This document shows positions 17,628 to 28,159 of a stretch of DNA of 53,339 nt, piece by piece. The translations under genes were made by a program, and so were the position numbers. Where the stretch lies: positions 1 to 53,339 of the IMG/VR virus record IMGVR_UViG_3300022921_000024; one strand, given 5' to 3'. The stretch's first letter is position 1. Every line of letters starts with the position of its first letter. Below the pieces are notes generated by a model. That model was given only the letters and a program-made list of their open reading frames with translations, did no database searches and was not told where the DNA came from. The stretch is from a virus (taxonomy: Duplodnaviria; Caudoviricetes).

Positions 17628-20600
17628 ATGGAACCCGAAGAAATTAAAGGAAAAGTAGAAAGATTTCAGGCCGCTGGAGTCGATAAAGAAACCATCACGG
17701 GATGGTTCAAGTCAAAAAACATCGGCGGATGGGAATCTTACTATGACCCAAACTACGGACAGTCGGGAAAAGCAAACGCCGCGTCCGCTGGGTCTGGGGC
17801 GAGCGCGGCTACTACGGGTTCCACGTCGAATAATGGAGGCGGCTCTTTCTTGAGCGCCTATAAGCCACAACAAACACAAATCACTGACCCAACAGAGGGT
17901 GGCCTGTATACCGAAGAGGAAGTGCGGGCAAAGCGCGCGGACAAATTCCAATCTGGAAGCCGCTTGCAGACTATGGAGGCTGCCGGTGACCTTGCTTACA
18001 ACTTAAACACTTTACAGACCACGCTTGGTGATATGCAAGCTATGTTTGAGCGCGGTGCCCAAGCACGCGCCGAAGGTAAGTCTTTTGAAGATGCGTTCCC
18101 GAACTTGACGACGGACTACGTATCTGGCCTAACTGAAGAGCAAAAGGCCCAGAACGCCCTTTCGTCTTCCGCTACATTTAGACAGGAGAAGCCTTTTCAG
18201 GACTATATGCTTGGCTCTTATCAGGCTTTAGAGAGCCTTAATGTAAAGGTGAGTGCGCTTGTTGATGAAAAAGAACAAGACCAAGGCTTTAAAGAAAATA
18301 TGGCGCGGGCTGGCTTCGACGGAAGTATGTCGCTTCAGCAGGCCCTTAATCAATATACACCAAGCATTGTTTCATATACGAATGAAGCAAATTCCGCATT
18401 TGCTGGGGCGGGTGCTAATGAAATTGTTACAGTGGATGAGAATGGCGTAAGCATCAATGAAGATGCCTACAACAACCTTGCTGTAACTATGGATGCATTC
18501 CAGAAGGAACAAGACGAAAGACTTGCTCAAGAGCGCAAAACGCTCGAGGGACACGGTGACTTATGGCAGTTCGGTTATGATATGATGACTGGAGTGAAGA
18601 ACATAAGTATGGACCTGGAGGGTATGTATACTGAGATTGTTGGAACTGATTCCGAAATGGAGAGTTTACAATATGAGCAGTATCTACAGGGTTTCCGCCG
18701 AACGGCTTCTTTGCAATTAGACGGACTTTCCAATGAAGAGATTGAGAAAGGTGTTGTTGAAAATATTTTGGAGGGAAACTTCGACGCTGGATTTTCTATC
18801 CTTACAACCGATTTGGCTCAGACTATGCCGCAACTTGCGGCTCAGGCTGCCATTACATATGGTACTGGCGGCTTTGGAAGCCTTGCCCTACGTGGCGCTG
18901 CAGGGACTGCTGCTCGATTTGGTATGACCGGAACGGCTCGCAGCCTAGCGACGTCTACATTCGCCCGCAATATGTCCTACTGGGCAGGCGCTGGCTTTAT
19001 GGGGTCTACCACCGCTGGAAATACACTCATTAGCACTTACGGGACGATGGAGGACAGTCAGCGTTACCAGATGGCTGTAGGAAACGCCGTTGTCGAAACG
19101 TTGTCTGAGCGACTGTTCGTTGGAGACATTAAGGCTGTGCTTGGCACTGAACTAAAAGGCCTTACTCGACGTGAGATTCGTCAAAGAGTTTTCGGAACTG
19201 GTCTTTTTTCTAGCGAGATGCGTGCCCTATCCGCAGACTTAGCAAAAAAAAGTGGAAAGCAATTCCTAAAAAACGCTGGAGAAGAGGGACTTGAGGAATT
19301 TGTTGCTGGATTGGGTTCTGCTTGGATTGAAGGTTTTGTTACCGGAAAGCCAATGCAAATCAATTACGCTGAACTTGCTGACCAGTTCTTGATTGGCGCT
19401 GCCGCTGGTGGTGCAGCTGGCTCGGTCGGAGCTGCTAAGAGAGGAAACTTTTTAAAGGCTTCTTTTGCCTCTGTTGGCGTTCTAAGTAGCAACTACGTAA
19501 ACATTCGCGCAGAGCGCGTAGCAGCGGAAGAGGCTGTTCGTAACGCTCGTGACGAAGCAGAAGCAAGTCGTCTTCAGGGTCGTGCACAAGCCTTAGCTGC
19601 TGTCGAAGCGCAGACTCGCGGCGAAGAGATTGCCATCTTAGAAAATATGACAGACGAGCAGTTGGGTACTGCTACTACTTTATACCACCGAATTCGTAAC
19701 GCCGCCTTCGTTGCAAACAACGAGAAGGCTACCGAAGAGGAGAAGCAGGCTGCTATCCTAGATGGCAAAAAGGCTAATGCTGAACTAAAGGCCCTAAAAG
19801 AGCAGACCGCTCCCGCTGGACTAGTTGCAGAGAGAGAGCGTGAAGCAGTTGCTAACTTTGACTTCGGGACTGAAGGAACTATTGAGGTTTCCGATAAGAC
19901 GGACGCGCAAGGAAGTTCGTTTGTTGCAGAATTGTCTAAAATTGCCACCGCACTTGGAGGAAACAAGGTATTGCTGCACAAAGATTATGATGCCGCTGCG
20001 GCATCCGCGGGAAAGAATAAGGAAGACCTACTCGGCAGCCGCGGTTTCTACAAGGCTGATGACGGAAGTATTCACATCGTTCTACCGGCAGCGCAGAGCA
20101 ATACTGCATTCCACGAGGCTTATCACGCAATTGCCCGCAACGTAGACCCCAAATACTTAAAGAACTGGTTGGCGGCATCTATGCCTGCCCTAATGGAGTT
20201 GCCCACCGAACTGCAAAACAAGTATGCCGCATACTTCGAGAAGTATGGTAATGACAAGTCTGAGCAGGGTAAGCGTCTACTCGCTGAGGAGATTTGGGCT
20301 GAGATGCGAGCAGACATTGCCACAGGCAAGATTACTGTGGAGAATAGTGGTTCTGCCTTGTCTCACGGAATTGCTGGCGCTATGAACGCCGCCCTACGTG
20401 GACTTGGTCTTAAAATCAACAAATATCAGTCCTTCAAGGACTTTTCCGACTTTATGGATGCAACTACTGAGAGCCTAAAGAAAGGTACTCAGGTTGGTCG
20501 CTTCCAGGAAGAGCGATTTGACGCTCCTACTACAAATAGAGATGTTCTGTCTCAAATGGAGAAAAGCGGTGTCGATGGCTCTATCGACCCACAAACGTTC

Positions 20601-23600
20601 TTATTCACTATTAACTCACAGAACGCACAACAGGCGACTCAGGAGCCAAACAAGCCAGCAGACCCTGCTGTTGTTACTGAAACCGCTTCCACGGCCGTTC
20701 GCCAAGCCGCCAAGGGATTATCTGAGGGTTCATCTATCAACCTAACCAACGAGGGCCCAGCAAACCCCGTTGATGGATATATGGTTGGAGACGGACGGAA
20801 TGAGATTCAAATCTCAAAGTCCGAGATTACAGAGATGACTCCACAGCAGTTGTCTGAAAAGATTTCTTCTATAGTAGAACAATATCAGGGGGATGGGTTT
20901 GCGGAAATGGAAGGTAAGCCTCACCTAGGGGTCTTTGTAGAGGGCGATATGGTTACTATCGACCGCTCACATCAGGTCGCCTCCGTTGAGCGCGGTATGG
21001 ATATCGCTATCACTAATTCAGAGCGCTCCATCTACGACGTCGCTAATGATAAAGTTATTGAAACTCAAGATGTTAAGTCTGACAACTTGATGTTCCAGAT
21101 TGACCCAGCGGCAATTCCCGCTGGCGAGACTATCAAACTAAAGAAGGGTAAGTACGGCTCTTCGGTTATGCGTGCAGGAATTCCTATGAAGAACTTCCAG
21201 CAGGTTGTTGCCGACTTCCGAGCTCAGTACGGAAAGGACCCTGTTATCGCCCTTTGGATGGGAGACCAGTCTGGATACGGAGTGTATACGCTTACTGATG
21301 GAAGCACTACGAACCTTGAGGGCGGCTTAGGCCACCTTATCAACAAGGATAATATGGCTAAGGGTGTTGCGTGGGCCACCAACAAGTCTGATGGCGGAGT
21401 TCAGGGAGTTCTCCAGAACGCTGACATTGTTGCAGAAGTTTCTGGACACCCCGTCAAGTCTTCGCGTTTCTACAAAAAAACTACCGAGGTTATGGCGCGT
21501 GAGTTTGCTATTGCCTGGAAGAAAAGTGCTGGAAAAACTATTAAGCACGGAAAGTATGAAGTTGTTGTACCAAAGATGCCTAAAGGCTCTAATGAGGTAG
21601 ACGCAATCAAGTCATATATGACGTTAGTCATCGAAGCCTACCGTAACGACGGTAAGGCTGCGCCGGCTCAATTTGAAAACATTTTAACCCAAGGGAAGAA
21701 GGTTGGAACTGTTCAGTATATCAACCTTTCTGAGATTGAGAATCTTGAGGACTTAGTAAACAACGAGCGACGAACCTCTCTTATTGCAAACGTCCTTGGC
21801 TCATTCGAGGCTACTAAATCAACCCAAGAGGCACTTGCTGCATTGGGGATGCCTACCGAGGAGCAGATTACTGACCAACTACGTGATGGGTACTTGCTTG
21901 AAAATGAATTCCAAGAGGGAGACATCTACGGATACTATATGCCAAAGCGTGAAAATGGCAGGGTTGTGACTCAGCCGGGAAATCACAGCACATATCAGAC
22001 CGACATAATGGGAGAGATGGTTGCTGTAGCCTCTGAGCGTCAGAACGTATTTGATATGGTCCCAGCCTTCTACCATTTGCGTGAGTTGAAAACAACTGGC
22101 CGCGCCCGAATTAAGGCTGCTCAAGAGCAGGGGCTTACTGACGCGGGAGGAAAGATTACGAAGGACGGTAAAATTGTCCGCCGCATCGAACTTACCATAG
22201 TTGAGCCTGATGTAAATGTAGATGAACTTTCAGACAAGGAGGCAGAATCAATTGTTAAGCGCATCGCTAGAGCTGCTAAGGCTAAATTTGAAAGTGGCGA
22301 GTTAACGCGAGACCAATACGAATTCTTCTACAGCGGAAAGTCTGGACGCGTAAGCACTGATGTTGCTGCCGACTTGCAGCGTATGCGAGTTATGAACTCT
22401 CAAGCGACTATTGTCCAAGCCAACGCTATGTTGGCCACGATGGCCGCTGGTATGACCTGGGAGCAGAAGGTAGATGCAATGAATAAACAAGTTGCTAGGT
22501 TCAAGGATGCTGGATACAAAGCCGCCGACATCTCCACCTTCCTAGATGAGTTCTATGGAGACCTCCGCGACGAGATGGGCGACGTAGGTAAGGCCGGGTA
22601 CCCTCAGTATGGTCACTCACAAACAGGCGAAGGCCTGTTGTTCCAGTCTGGTCTCTATATTGACATCGCCAATATGTTGGCTGGTGGTAAAACCGAGGCT
22701 CAGGTGCGCGCTCAACTTATTGCTGACGGATTCTCCGTGAATGATGCAAAACTCCTTGTTGCTAAAGCTAAGGGCTACAAGATTGGTATGAATGCTGGCC
22801 GCCGCGCTGGACACAAGTCCGCAATGGAGATTCATACTGAGCGTATGAAGGCACAGCGAGAAAAAGAAAAAGACAGTACCAAGGCTTTCCGAAACGAAGC
22901 CAAGGGACGTCTGTTGAATATGAACCAAATCAACGATGAGCTAGTAAATGCTCTTGTTGAGATGGTGGAGAAGTATGGTAATGTAAAACTCACTTCCGCA
23001 CAATTAAAGTCCATCCTTCGTGGAATCTCTGCAACGCAGAAGAAAATCTACAAGAAGGGTATGGCTGACGATGGTAAGTTCGCTCTAACGGTTGTCGCTC
23101 TAGTTGACCGCCTCGCAAACATCATCGAGAAGCAGCATACGGCTAAGCAAATTGCTGAACAGAACGACCTATTGCGTAAGGTGCGAGCCAAGCAAAAGGC
23201 ATTGAAGAATCAGTTGGCTAAGTTGCCTAAGACTTCTCGCTCTCCTTTGATTTCCTACTTTGATGAAGTTAATGAGTTAACTAGCGTTGAGGCGGGGCAC
23301 TTATCAATGGCTTCTTTGAAGGCTCTTGATGGAGGCTTGGATGCACTTAAGGAAACCACTAAGCAGGTAAGTGCAACGACTAATAAGTCTGGACAAGTTG
23401 TTATACGCAATCCATACGTTTTAATCAATGGAAAGCAGATTGACTTCCGCCGTGCAAAGGTTTACTTTAACGAGTTGGTTGCACCACTTACCATTGAGGC
23501 TAACGCCTACGAGCAGGCCCTAATCGCGGCAGACATTCAGAATTATATGGATGCTACTGGTGCTGATTTTGCATCTGCATCAGCCGCTATTATGCAGGCT

Positions 23601-26600
23601 AAGGCTGAAAAGAATATGAAGCAATACGAGAAGGCTCTTAAGCAAATTGCAGACGACCTCGGATTGGATATAACAAACGTACAAGAATTAGAGCTGGCCC
23701 TTGAGGCGATGGCTGAGGAGAAAAACGAACAGCAGGACGCACGCCGTCGTGAGGTTATCAGTCAGGTTATTACGCCAACTGCTGTTATCTGGAGAAACTG
23801 GCTGGCCGCCGAACCAGACTTTGCAGACATCTTTGGGTTGGGTGCTCCAACTTCATCCACTAAGGTCTCTACGTCTCCTTGGATGTTCCTGGGATGGCAG
23901 GGTGGACTGAGTGCAGACGACCTTGCTCAACACATTGAGGCCCGTATGGACCGCTTGTCCTTTGGTCAGCTGCGCCGCGTTGAGTTTGCTATGTTTGACT
24001 ACATTGTAAACGGACGAGCCCTCGGAACAAGGGCTCTTGGAGCAGAGGTGATGGCTAGAAATGAGGGTCGCGACGAAATGGCCGCATTGAATATGACTGC
24101 CAGCGACACCCGTGAAAAAAAGGGCGGAGCAATTCGCAACTGGATTTTCTCAAACCTAGAGACTACCCCTACGTTCTTTCGCCGTATCTTCTTGCTCAAC
24201 AGCGAGACACAGGTTGCTAAGTATATGAACGCCCTTGGATTCTCTTCGCTGCGCTCTAACGCCGCCAAGGCTGACGTTCGACACGCTACGGTTATGGGGT
24301 CTATCAACGAAATGCTACAAGGCTATAAGTTGAACAACGCCTACAGTGAGACCGCACTGCAAATCTACGCTATGGTTATGCAGAAGCCTGCGGGAATGGC
24401 TCCCGCCGAGTGGGCTTTGGCATTGCGTAAGCAGTTTGAAATGGCTGCAGAAAAGGACAACCGATACAACGCAAAGGTAATGGAGCAGAAGAAGAAAGCA
24501 ATTAATGACTTCTTCTTTGGGCCAACTGGCGCGCTACAGCTTGAGCAAATTCAGGCTAAACTTGAGGCTGTTGATAATCTTACTGCCGCCTGGTCCTTTA
24601 TTGGAAACTCATTCCAAGTGCGTGAGCACCTGCTGGCTGACTACGCTGAGGCCTTCTTGGGGCAGCGTTTTGTGTCGGAAGAAAACTACATCCCATTCTC
24701 ATTCCGCCGCGGTGGAGACATTGAGACCTTGCAAAACCAAGTCGACAACGCCAAGACCATCCGCACAATGTTAGACTCTTACAGTCAATCAAAGATGGGC
24801 AAGAGAGCAAGTGCTACATTTGAGCGTAATCCGGACGCCATTAAGACGTCGGGCCGTTACATCGACCTCAACTTCTTCGGAACCATTGACCGCACTCACA
24901 AGGAGAACGAGGTCAAGATTGCAACTTCCGTTGATGTGTCATATATTTCTGAAATGACTTCTGAGAGAAATGATGCATTCACAAAGAGCGTCCCTTCAGA
25001 GGCAGTTCGTTCTGATATACGTCAGAAAGTATACGACCACTTAATTGACCAACGTAAGACGTTTGGTGACGAGGCCCTTAGCCCAACTGCAAAGAAGTGG
25101 ATTACTCAAGGTCGAAGTGCTATGGTTCTTTACTACTTCGGTGCCGTTGTTGACCAGATTGCAAAGCAGTCCGCGCCTATGTGGAATACGCTTGCAGAGA
25201 CTAAGAACTTTGATTCCAAGATGGAATTCCTAGGCTCTTTGGTTGGTCAGTTTAACTCAGAGATTCGAGGAGTCCTTTCTGGAGATATGGACGCCAAACA
25301 GCAGTTGTCAAATAGTTTTGACATTGGAAACCGTAACGTTCGTGACGCTGTTATATCATTTACTGGCGACCGTCCGGCTACTGGAGATAAGACTAGTTTT
25401 GAGAAAGGCGTAGACCTTTCTACAAAGTCACTTGTTGTGACCGATAAGATTGTAGCGGGTGCGTCTTGGTTTGCATACTATAAGGATTGGCATTACCAGA
25501 ATGGAATGAAGCCATCTGAGTGGTCTTGGCAAGAAGCCGCAAAGAGCCCAAACTCTGAGGCCGCTGAATACGCATCTTTGATGGTATCTAAAGACCAGAA
25601 CATTTCTACCGGTCGTGACGCATCTAAGTTCAACCGCTCTACTGGAGGTATTAGTATCGGTTTGGTTAAGTCATTTATGATTCCTTTCGTTGACTTCTTG
25701 ATGAACAAGAAGATGAATATGATGATTGACGCTCAAAAGTTAGCCTTCGGTAGCGCAAAAATTAAAGGAGACGCTATTCGTTCTACTGCCGGAACAGTTG
25801 CGGAGATTGCACATTTCCAGACTATGGCCTGGATGGTATTATCTCCCCTATATGCCGGGTTGGGTGCTATGGTTGCGTCAATCTTTGGAGTTGATGACGA
25901 TGAAGATGACTCTTGGTTCTCTGAGAAGTTCAACCTAGATATGTGGAAGCGCGGTATGATTACTGACCTAAACCCATACGTTATGCCATTCAAACTGATG
26001 GAAGACGGATGGATTGGTATGTGGAATATGGCTAACTACTACACGAGCGACGAGCGCGAGGCATTGGTCGCACAGACTGGAGACGAGCGCAAGGCTTATG
26101 ACATATGGCTCAAGGTTCAGGGAATCCCGTCATTTGGAGGAGTTCGCGATGATGCAGACGCTATGCAGAAGGTTCTTTCGTATACTGGCCCGGCCGGTAG
26201 TATCGTGAGCAATTACACTTACGGTATGAGCAACATAGCGACACTTCAGGAGGATGTTCCATACTACGTTACGTCTAGCGGAACAAAGAAGTTCCTCACC
26301 GAGGACGAGGCTAACAGAATGACCGCAATTGAGGCATTTAAGGTAACGTACCTTACTTTTGGCTTTGCTACCGGATTAATGTTTAAGGAAGTTAACTCAG
26401 CAGTTAAGTCTGCAGAGCGAGGCGTGACAAAGCGAGCGGTTACGAATGAGGACGTCGGCTTGGACCGAGTTATGGCAGAGCGACTGATGAACAAACTAGA
26501 AGGTCAGGAGTTGACTATGGATTTATTCTACGAGGCTATTGTTGAGGAGATTAAAATTAATCCACTTGGCGCAGAGGCTTTTGGTTCAGCGCGAATCAAG

Positions 26601-26957
26601 GGTATGGAGAAGTTCTTTGCGGAGAACATCCTAAAGTCAAATGCAAACTTAGGTCCGGCACTAAAGTCTCATATCGCCACTATTCGCGATGTAGACCGTC
26701 GCTTCAAAGGAAATGTTGAAGTTGCATTTGCCCTTCATCAGGTTCGAGAAACATTGGGTCAGAAAGAGGGTGAGGACTTCGCTATGGCAGCGTTGCTGTA
26801 CTATGGCGCTCACGGAAAGTCTGAGATTCAAAACGCTATCCAACAGCAGATACTGTTCTATGGCGTAAACAATAGCATTCTTGGAGAGATTGCCCCTGAG
26901 TCAGAAGAGGCTCAGTATGATGACAATCACAACTACATAGACCCGAGTTTAAAGTAG
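17628..26957 (+). CDS. Giant internal virion / polyvalent ejection protein (about 3109 aa) with zincin-like HExxH
   Basis: Gly/Ala membrane-like region (aa about 420-630), EEGLEE motif, AFHEAYH...LAEEIWAE zincin pattern, long helical C-terminal part. Start moved from TTG 17598 to ATG 17628. Confidence 0.75.
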   Translation: MEPEEIKGKVERFQAAGVDKETITGWFKSKNIGGWESYYDPNYGQSGKANAASAGSGASAATTGSTSNNGGGSFLSAYKPQQTQITDPTEGGLYTEEEVRAKRADKFQSGSRLQTMEAAGDLAYNLNTLQTTLGDMQAMFERGAQARAEGKSFEDAFPNLTTDYVSGLTEEQKAQNALSSSATFRQEKPFQDYMLGSYQALESLNVKVSALVDEKEQDQGFKENMARAGFDGSMSLQQALNQYTPSIVSYTNEANSAFAGAGANEIVTVDENGVSINEDAYNNLAVTMDAFQKEQDERLAQERKTLEGHGDLWQFGYDMMTGVKNISMDLEGMYTEIVGTDSEMESLQYEQYLQGFRRTASLQLDGLSNEEIEKGVVENILEGNFDAGFSILTTDLAQTMPQLAAQAAITYGTGGFGSLALRGAAGTAARFGMTGTARSLATSTFARNMSYWAGAGFMGSTTAGNTLISTYGTMEDSQRYQMAVGNAVVETLSERLFVGDIKAVLGTELKGLTRREIRQRVFGTGLFSSEMRALSADLAKKSGKQFLKNAGEEGLEEFVAGLGSAWIEGFVTGKPMQINYAELADQFLIGAAAGGAAGSVGAAKRGNFLKASFASVGVLSSNYVNIRAERVAAEEAVRNARDEAEASRLQGRAQALAAVEAQTRGEEIAILENMTDEQLGTATTLYHRIRNAAFVANNEKATEEEKQAAILDGKKANAELKALKEQTAPAGLVAEREREAVANFDFGTEGTIEVSDKTDAQGSSFVAELSKIATALGGNKVLLHKDYDAAAASAGKNKEDLLGSRGFYKADDGSIHIVLPAAQSNTAFHEAYHAIARNVDPKYLKNWLAASMPALMELPTELQNKYAAYFEKYGNDKSEQGKRLLAEEIWAEMRADIATGKITVENSGSALSHGIAGAMNAALRGLGLKINKYQSFKDFSDFMDATTESLKKGTQVGRFQEERFDAPTTNRDVLSQMEKSGVDGSIDPQTFLFTINSQNAQQATQEPNKPADPAVVTETASTAVRQAAKGLSEGSSINLTNEGPANPVDGYMVGDGRNEIQISKSEITEMTPQQLSEKISSIVEQYQGDGFAEMEGKPHLGVFVEGDMVTIDRSHQVASVERGMDIAITNSERSIYDVANDKVIETQDVKSDNLMFQIDPAAIPAGETIKLKKGKYGSSVMRAGIPMKNFQQVVADFRAQYGKDPVIALWMGDQSGYGVYTLTDGSTTNLEGGLGHLINKDNMAKGVAWATNKSDGGVQGVLQNADIVAEVSGHPVKSSRFYKKTTEVMAREFAIAWKKSAGKTIKHGKYEVVVPKMPKGSNEVDAIKSYMTLVIEAYRNDGKAAPAQFENILTQGKKVGTVQYINLSEIENLEDLVNNERRTSLIANVLGSFEATKSTQEALAALGMPTEEQITDQLRDGYLLENEFQEGDIYGYYMPKRENGRVVTQPGNHSTYQTDIMGEMVAVASERQNVFDMVPAFYHLRELKTTGRARIKAAQEQGLTDAGGKITKDGKIVRRIELTIVEPDVNVDELSDKEAESIVKRIARAAKAKFESGELTRDQYEFFYSGKSGRVSTDVAADLQRMRVMNSQATIVQANAMLATMAAGMTWEQKVDAMNKQVARFKDAGYKAADISTFLDEFYGDLRDEMGDVGKAGYPQYGHSQTGEGLLFQSGLYIDIANMLAGGKTEAQVRAQLIADGFSVNDAKLLVAKAKGYKIGMNAGRRAGHKSAMEIHTERMKAQREKEKDSTKAFRNEAKGRLLNMNQINDELVNALVEMVEKYGNVKLTSAQLKSILRGISATQKKIYKKGMADDGKFALTVVALVDRLANIIEKQHTAKQIAEQNDLLRKVRAKQKALKNQLAKLPKTSRSPLISYFDEVNELTSVEAGHLSMASLKALDGGLDALKETTKQVSATTNKSGQVVIRNPYVLINGKQIDFRRAKVYFNELVAPLTIEANAYEQALIAADIQNYMDATGADFASASAAIMQAKAEKNMKQYEKALKQIADDLGLDITNVQELELALEAMAEEKNEQQDARRREVISQVITPTAVIWRNWLAAEPDFADIFGLGAPTSSTKVSTSPWMFLGWQGGLSADDLAQHIEARMDRLSFGQLRRVEFAMFDYIVNGRALGTRALGAEVMARNEGRDEMAALNMTASDTREKKGGAIRNWIFSNLETTPTFFRRIFLLNSETQVAKYMNALGFSSLRSNAAKADVRHATVMGSINEMLQGYKLNNAYSETALQIYAMVMQKPAGMAPAEWALALRKQFEMAAEKDNRYNAKVMEQKKKAINDFFFGPTGALQLEQIQAKLEAVDNLTAAWSFIGNSFQVREHLLADYAEAFLGQRFVSEENYIPFSFRRGGDIETLQNQVDNAKTIRTMLDSYSQSKMGKRASATFERNPDAIKTSGRYIDLNFFGTIDRTHKENEVKIATSVDVSYISEMTSERNDAFTKSVPSEAVRSDIRQKVYDHLIDQRKTFGDEALSPTAKKWITQGRSAMVLYYFGAVVDQIAKQSAPMWNTLAETKNFDSKMEFLGSLVGQFNSEIRGVLSGDMDAKQQLSNSFDIGNRNVRDAVISFTGDRPATGDKTSFEKGVDLSTKSLVVTDKIVAGASWFAYYKDWHYQNGMKPSEWSWQEAAKSPNSEAAEYASLMVSKDQNISTGRDASKFNRSTGGISIGLVKSFMIPFVDFLMNKKMNMMIDAQKLAFGSAKIKGDAIRSTAGTVAEIAHFQTMAWMVLSPLYAGLGAMVASIFGVDDDEDDSWFSEKFNLDMWKRGMITDLNPYVMPFKLMEDGWIGMWNMANYYTSDEREALVAQTGDERKAYDIWLKVQGIPSFGGVRDDADAMQKVLSYTGPAGSIVSNYTYGMSNIATLQEDVPYYVTSSGTKKFLTEDEANRMTAIEAFKVTYLTFGFATGLMFKEVNSAVKSAERGVTKRAVTNEDVGLDRVMAERLMNKLEGQELTMDLFYEAIVEEIKINPLGAEAFGSARIKGMEKFFAENILKSNANLGPALKSHIATIRDVDRRFKGNVEVAFALHQVRETLGQKEGEDFAMAALLYYGAHGKSEIQNAIQQQILFYGVNNSILGEIAPESEEAQYDDNHNYIDPSLK

Positions 26958-27000
26958 TGGTTTGACCATTTTTAATTATTAAAACACATAAACATCCTTA

Positions 27001-27126
27001 ATGAATTACACAAAGGAATTCATATATTGTGAAAAGTACCCAAAGTTAAAATCAGAATGCGATTGTTCGGATTGTCACCCTGAAAGAATGATGCAAAAAA
27101 GAAAGCAAAGACGAGCCAAACAATGA
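27001..27126 (+). CDS. Small Cys-rich protein (41 aa, C...CDCSDCH)
   Basis: Read manually. ATGA overlap with the next gene. Confidence 0.45.
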   Translation: MNYTKEFIYCEKYPKLKSECDCSDCHPERMMQKRKQRRAKQ

Positions 27127-27356
27127 TTTACGCAATACTATCTATACCATTCCTATTTGCCGCAATATACCATTGGGCATCTTGGATGACATCCAAATGT
27201 TTCACTCAACTTATTGAGGATGGGCAGCCCGTTTTACACAATGGGGAACCATTATTTTCTTTTGATTCAGAAAGAGCAGAGAAATATATTAATACAATGA
27301 TTCTATGCTATTACCCGGCTTGGCCCGCGCTTCAATTAGGACGTTTATTTAAATAA
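27123..27356 (+). CDS. Small membrane protein (77 aa)
   Basis: N-terminal hydrophobic helix. Confidence 0.55.
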   Translation: MIYAILSIPFLFAAIYHWASWMTSKCFTQLIEDGQPVLHNGEPLFSFDSERAEKYINTMILCYYPAWPALQLGRLFK

Positions 27357-27370
27357 CTTATCTTTGCACT

Positions 27371-27652
27371 ATGGATAAAGATTCTAGATTAGAACGAACT
27401 GGAGTATCTGGCTACAATAAGCCAAAGCGTACGCCAAACCATCCTAAGAAGTCACACGTTGTTGTGGCTAAAGTAGGAGATAAGGTTAAGGTTATTCGCT
27501 TTGGTCAGCAGGGTGTTTCTGGGTCTCCGAAAAAATCTGGAGAATCTGAATCTTACCGAAAACGTCGGGAGTCCTTCAAGGCTCGTCACTCTAAGAACAT
27601 CGCAAAAGGAAAGATGAGTGCGGCCTACTGGGCTGATAAAGTTAAATGGTAA
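27371..27652 (+). CDS. Conserved basic viral protein (93 aa)
   Basis: KVIRFGQQG...RRESFKARH...SAAYWADKVKW pattern, widespread in dsDNA viruses. -7 element TATCTTTG at 27359. Confidence 0.75.
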   Translation: MDKDSRLERTGVSGYNKPKRTPNHPKKSHVVVAKVGDKVKVIRFGQQGVSGSPKKSGESESYRKRRESFKARHSKNIAKGKMSAAYWADKVKW

Positions 27653-27664
27653 AAACACATCAAG

Positions 27665-27796
27665 ATGCCAGACCCTAAGAAAGAAAGTATGTTTGACAAG
27701 AAGAAGCGCGAAGAGCTTGCTCGTCAAAAAGCAATTACAGAAGCTCGAAAAAAACAGGCTGCTAAAAAACAGTCTGGCAATATGGGCGGATACTGA
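27665..27796 (+). CDS. Small basic protein (43 aa, starts MPDPKK)
   Basis: Read manually. First 18 nt are identical to those of the gene at 2637. Confidence 0.6.
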   Translation: MPDPKKESMFDKKKREELARQKAITEARKKQAAKKQSGNMGGY

Positions 27797-27879
27797 TGCT
27801 ACAGCATAAAGTAAAAAAAAAAGAAGTCTTGAAGATTATTAAAAATCATTTTAAAGACTTAAAAAAACAAGAAATAAAG

Positions 27880-27902
27880 AAGGGGGCATAAGCCCCCTTT
27901 TT
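27880..27902. terminator. Bidirectional terminator separating plus-strand virion genes from minus-strand replication genes
   Basis: AAGGGGGC-ATAA-GCCCCCTT, flanked by A-rich and T-rich tracts. Confidence 0.85.
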
Positions 27903-27947
27903 CATTGCCCCCTACCACAGGGTGATTGTCAAAAAAAAAATAAAAAA

Positions 27948-28070
27948 TCAACTACCGCATCCTTCGCAATCGGGATTATCGATAGAGCAAGCCTTAGGTT
28001 GTGGTTGCGCTTCAAGTTGGTCTACAAAATCTGCAAAGTCTGTTCCGAGGTCAAAGTCATTGATTGCCAT
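27948..28070 (-). CDS. Acidic micro-protein (40 aa) ending CSIDNPDCEGCGS
   Basis: Read manually: MAINDFDLGTDFADFVDQLEAQPQPKACSIDNPDCEGCGS. Confidence 0.7.
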   Translation of the reverse strand: MAINDFDLGTDFADFVDQLEAQPQPKACSIDNPDCEGCGS

Positions 28071-28159
28071 AGTGATACGTTTTTGAGGTTAATAAAGAAA
28101 GAAAATCCCGACCGAAATGGCGATTCGGCCGGGACATTTGTGCGTACAAATATACTAAA

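Noticed and set aside
17628-26957. Virion RNA polymerase as in crAss-like phages or N4
   Set aside because: No DxDGD/DFDID-type or T7-like polymerase motif was seen. The visible motifs fit a polyvalent ejection protein.
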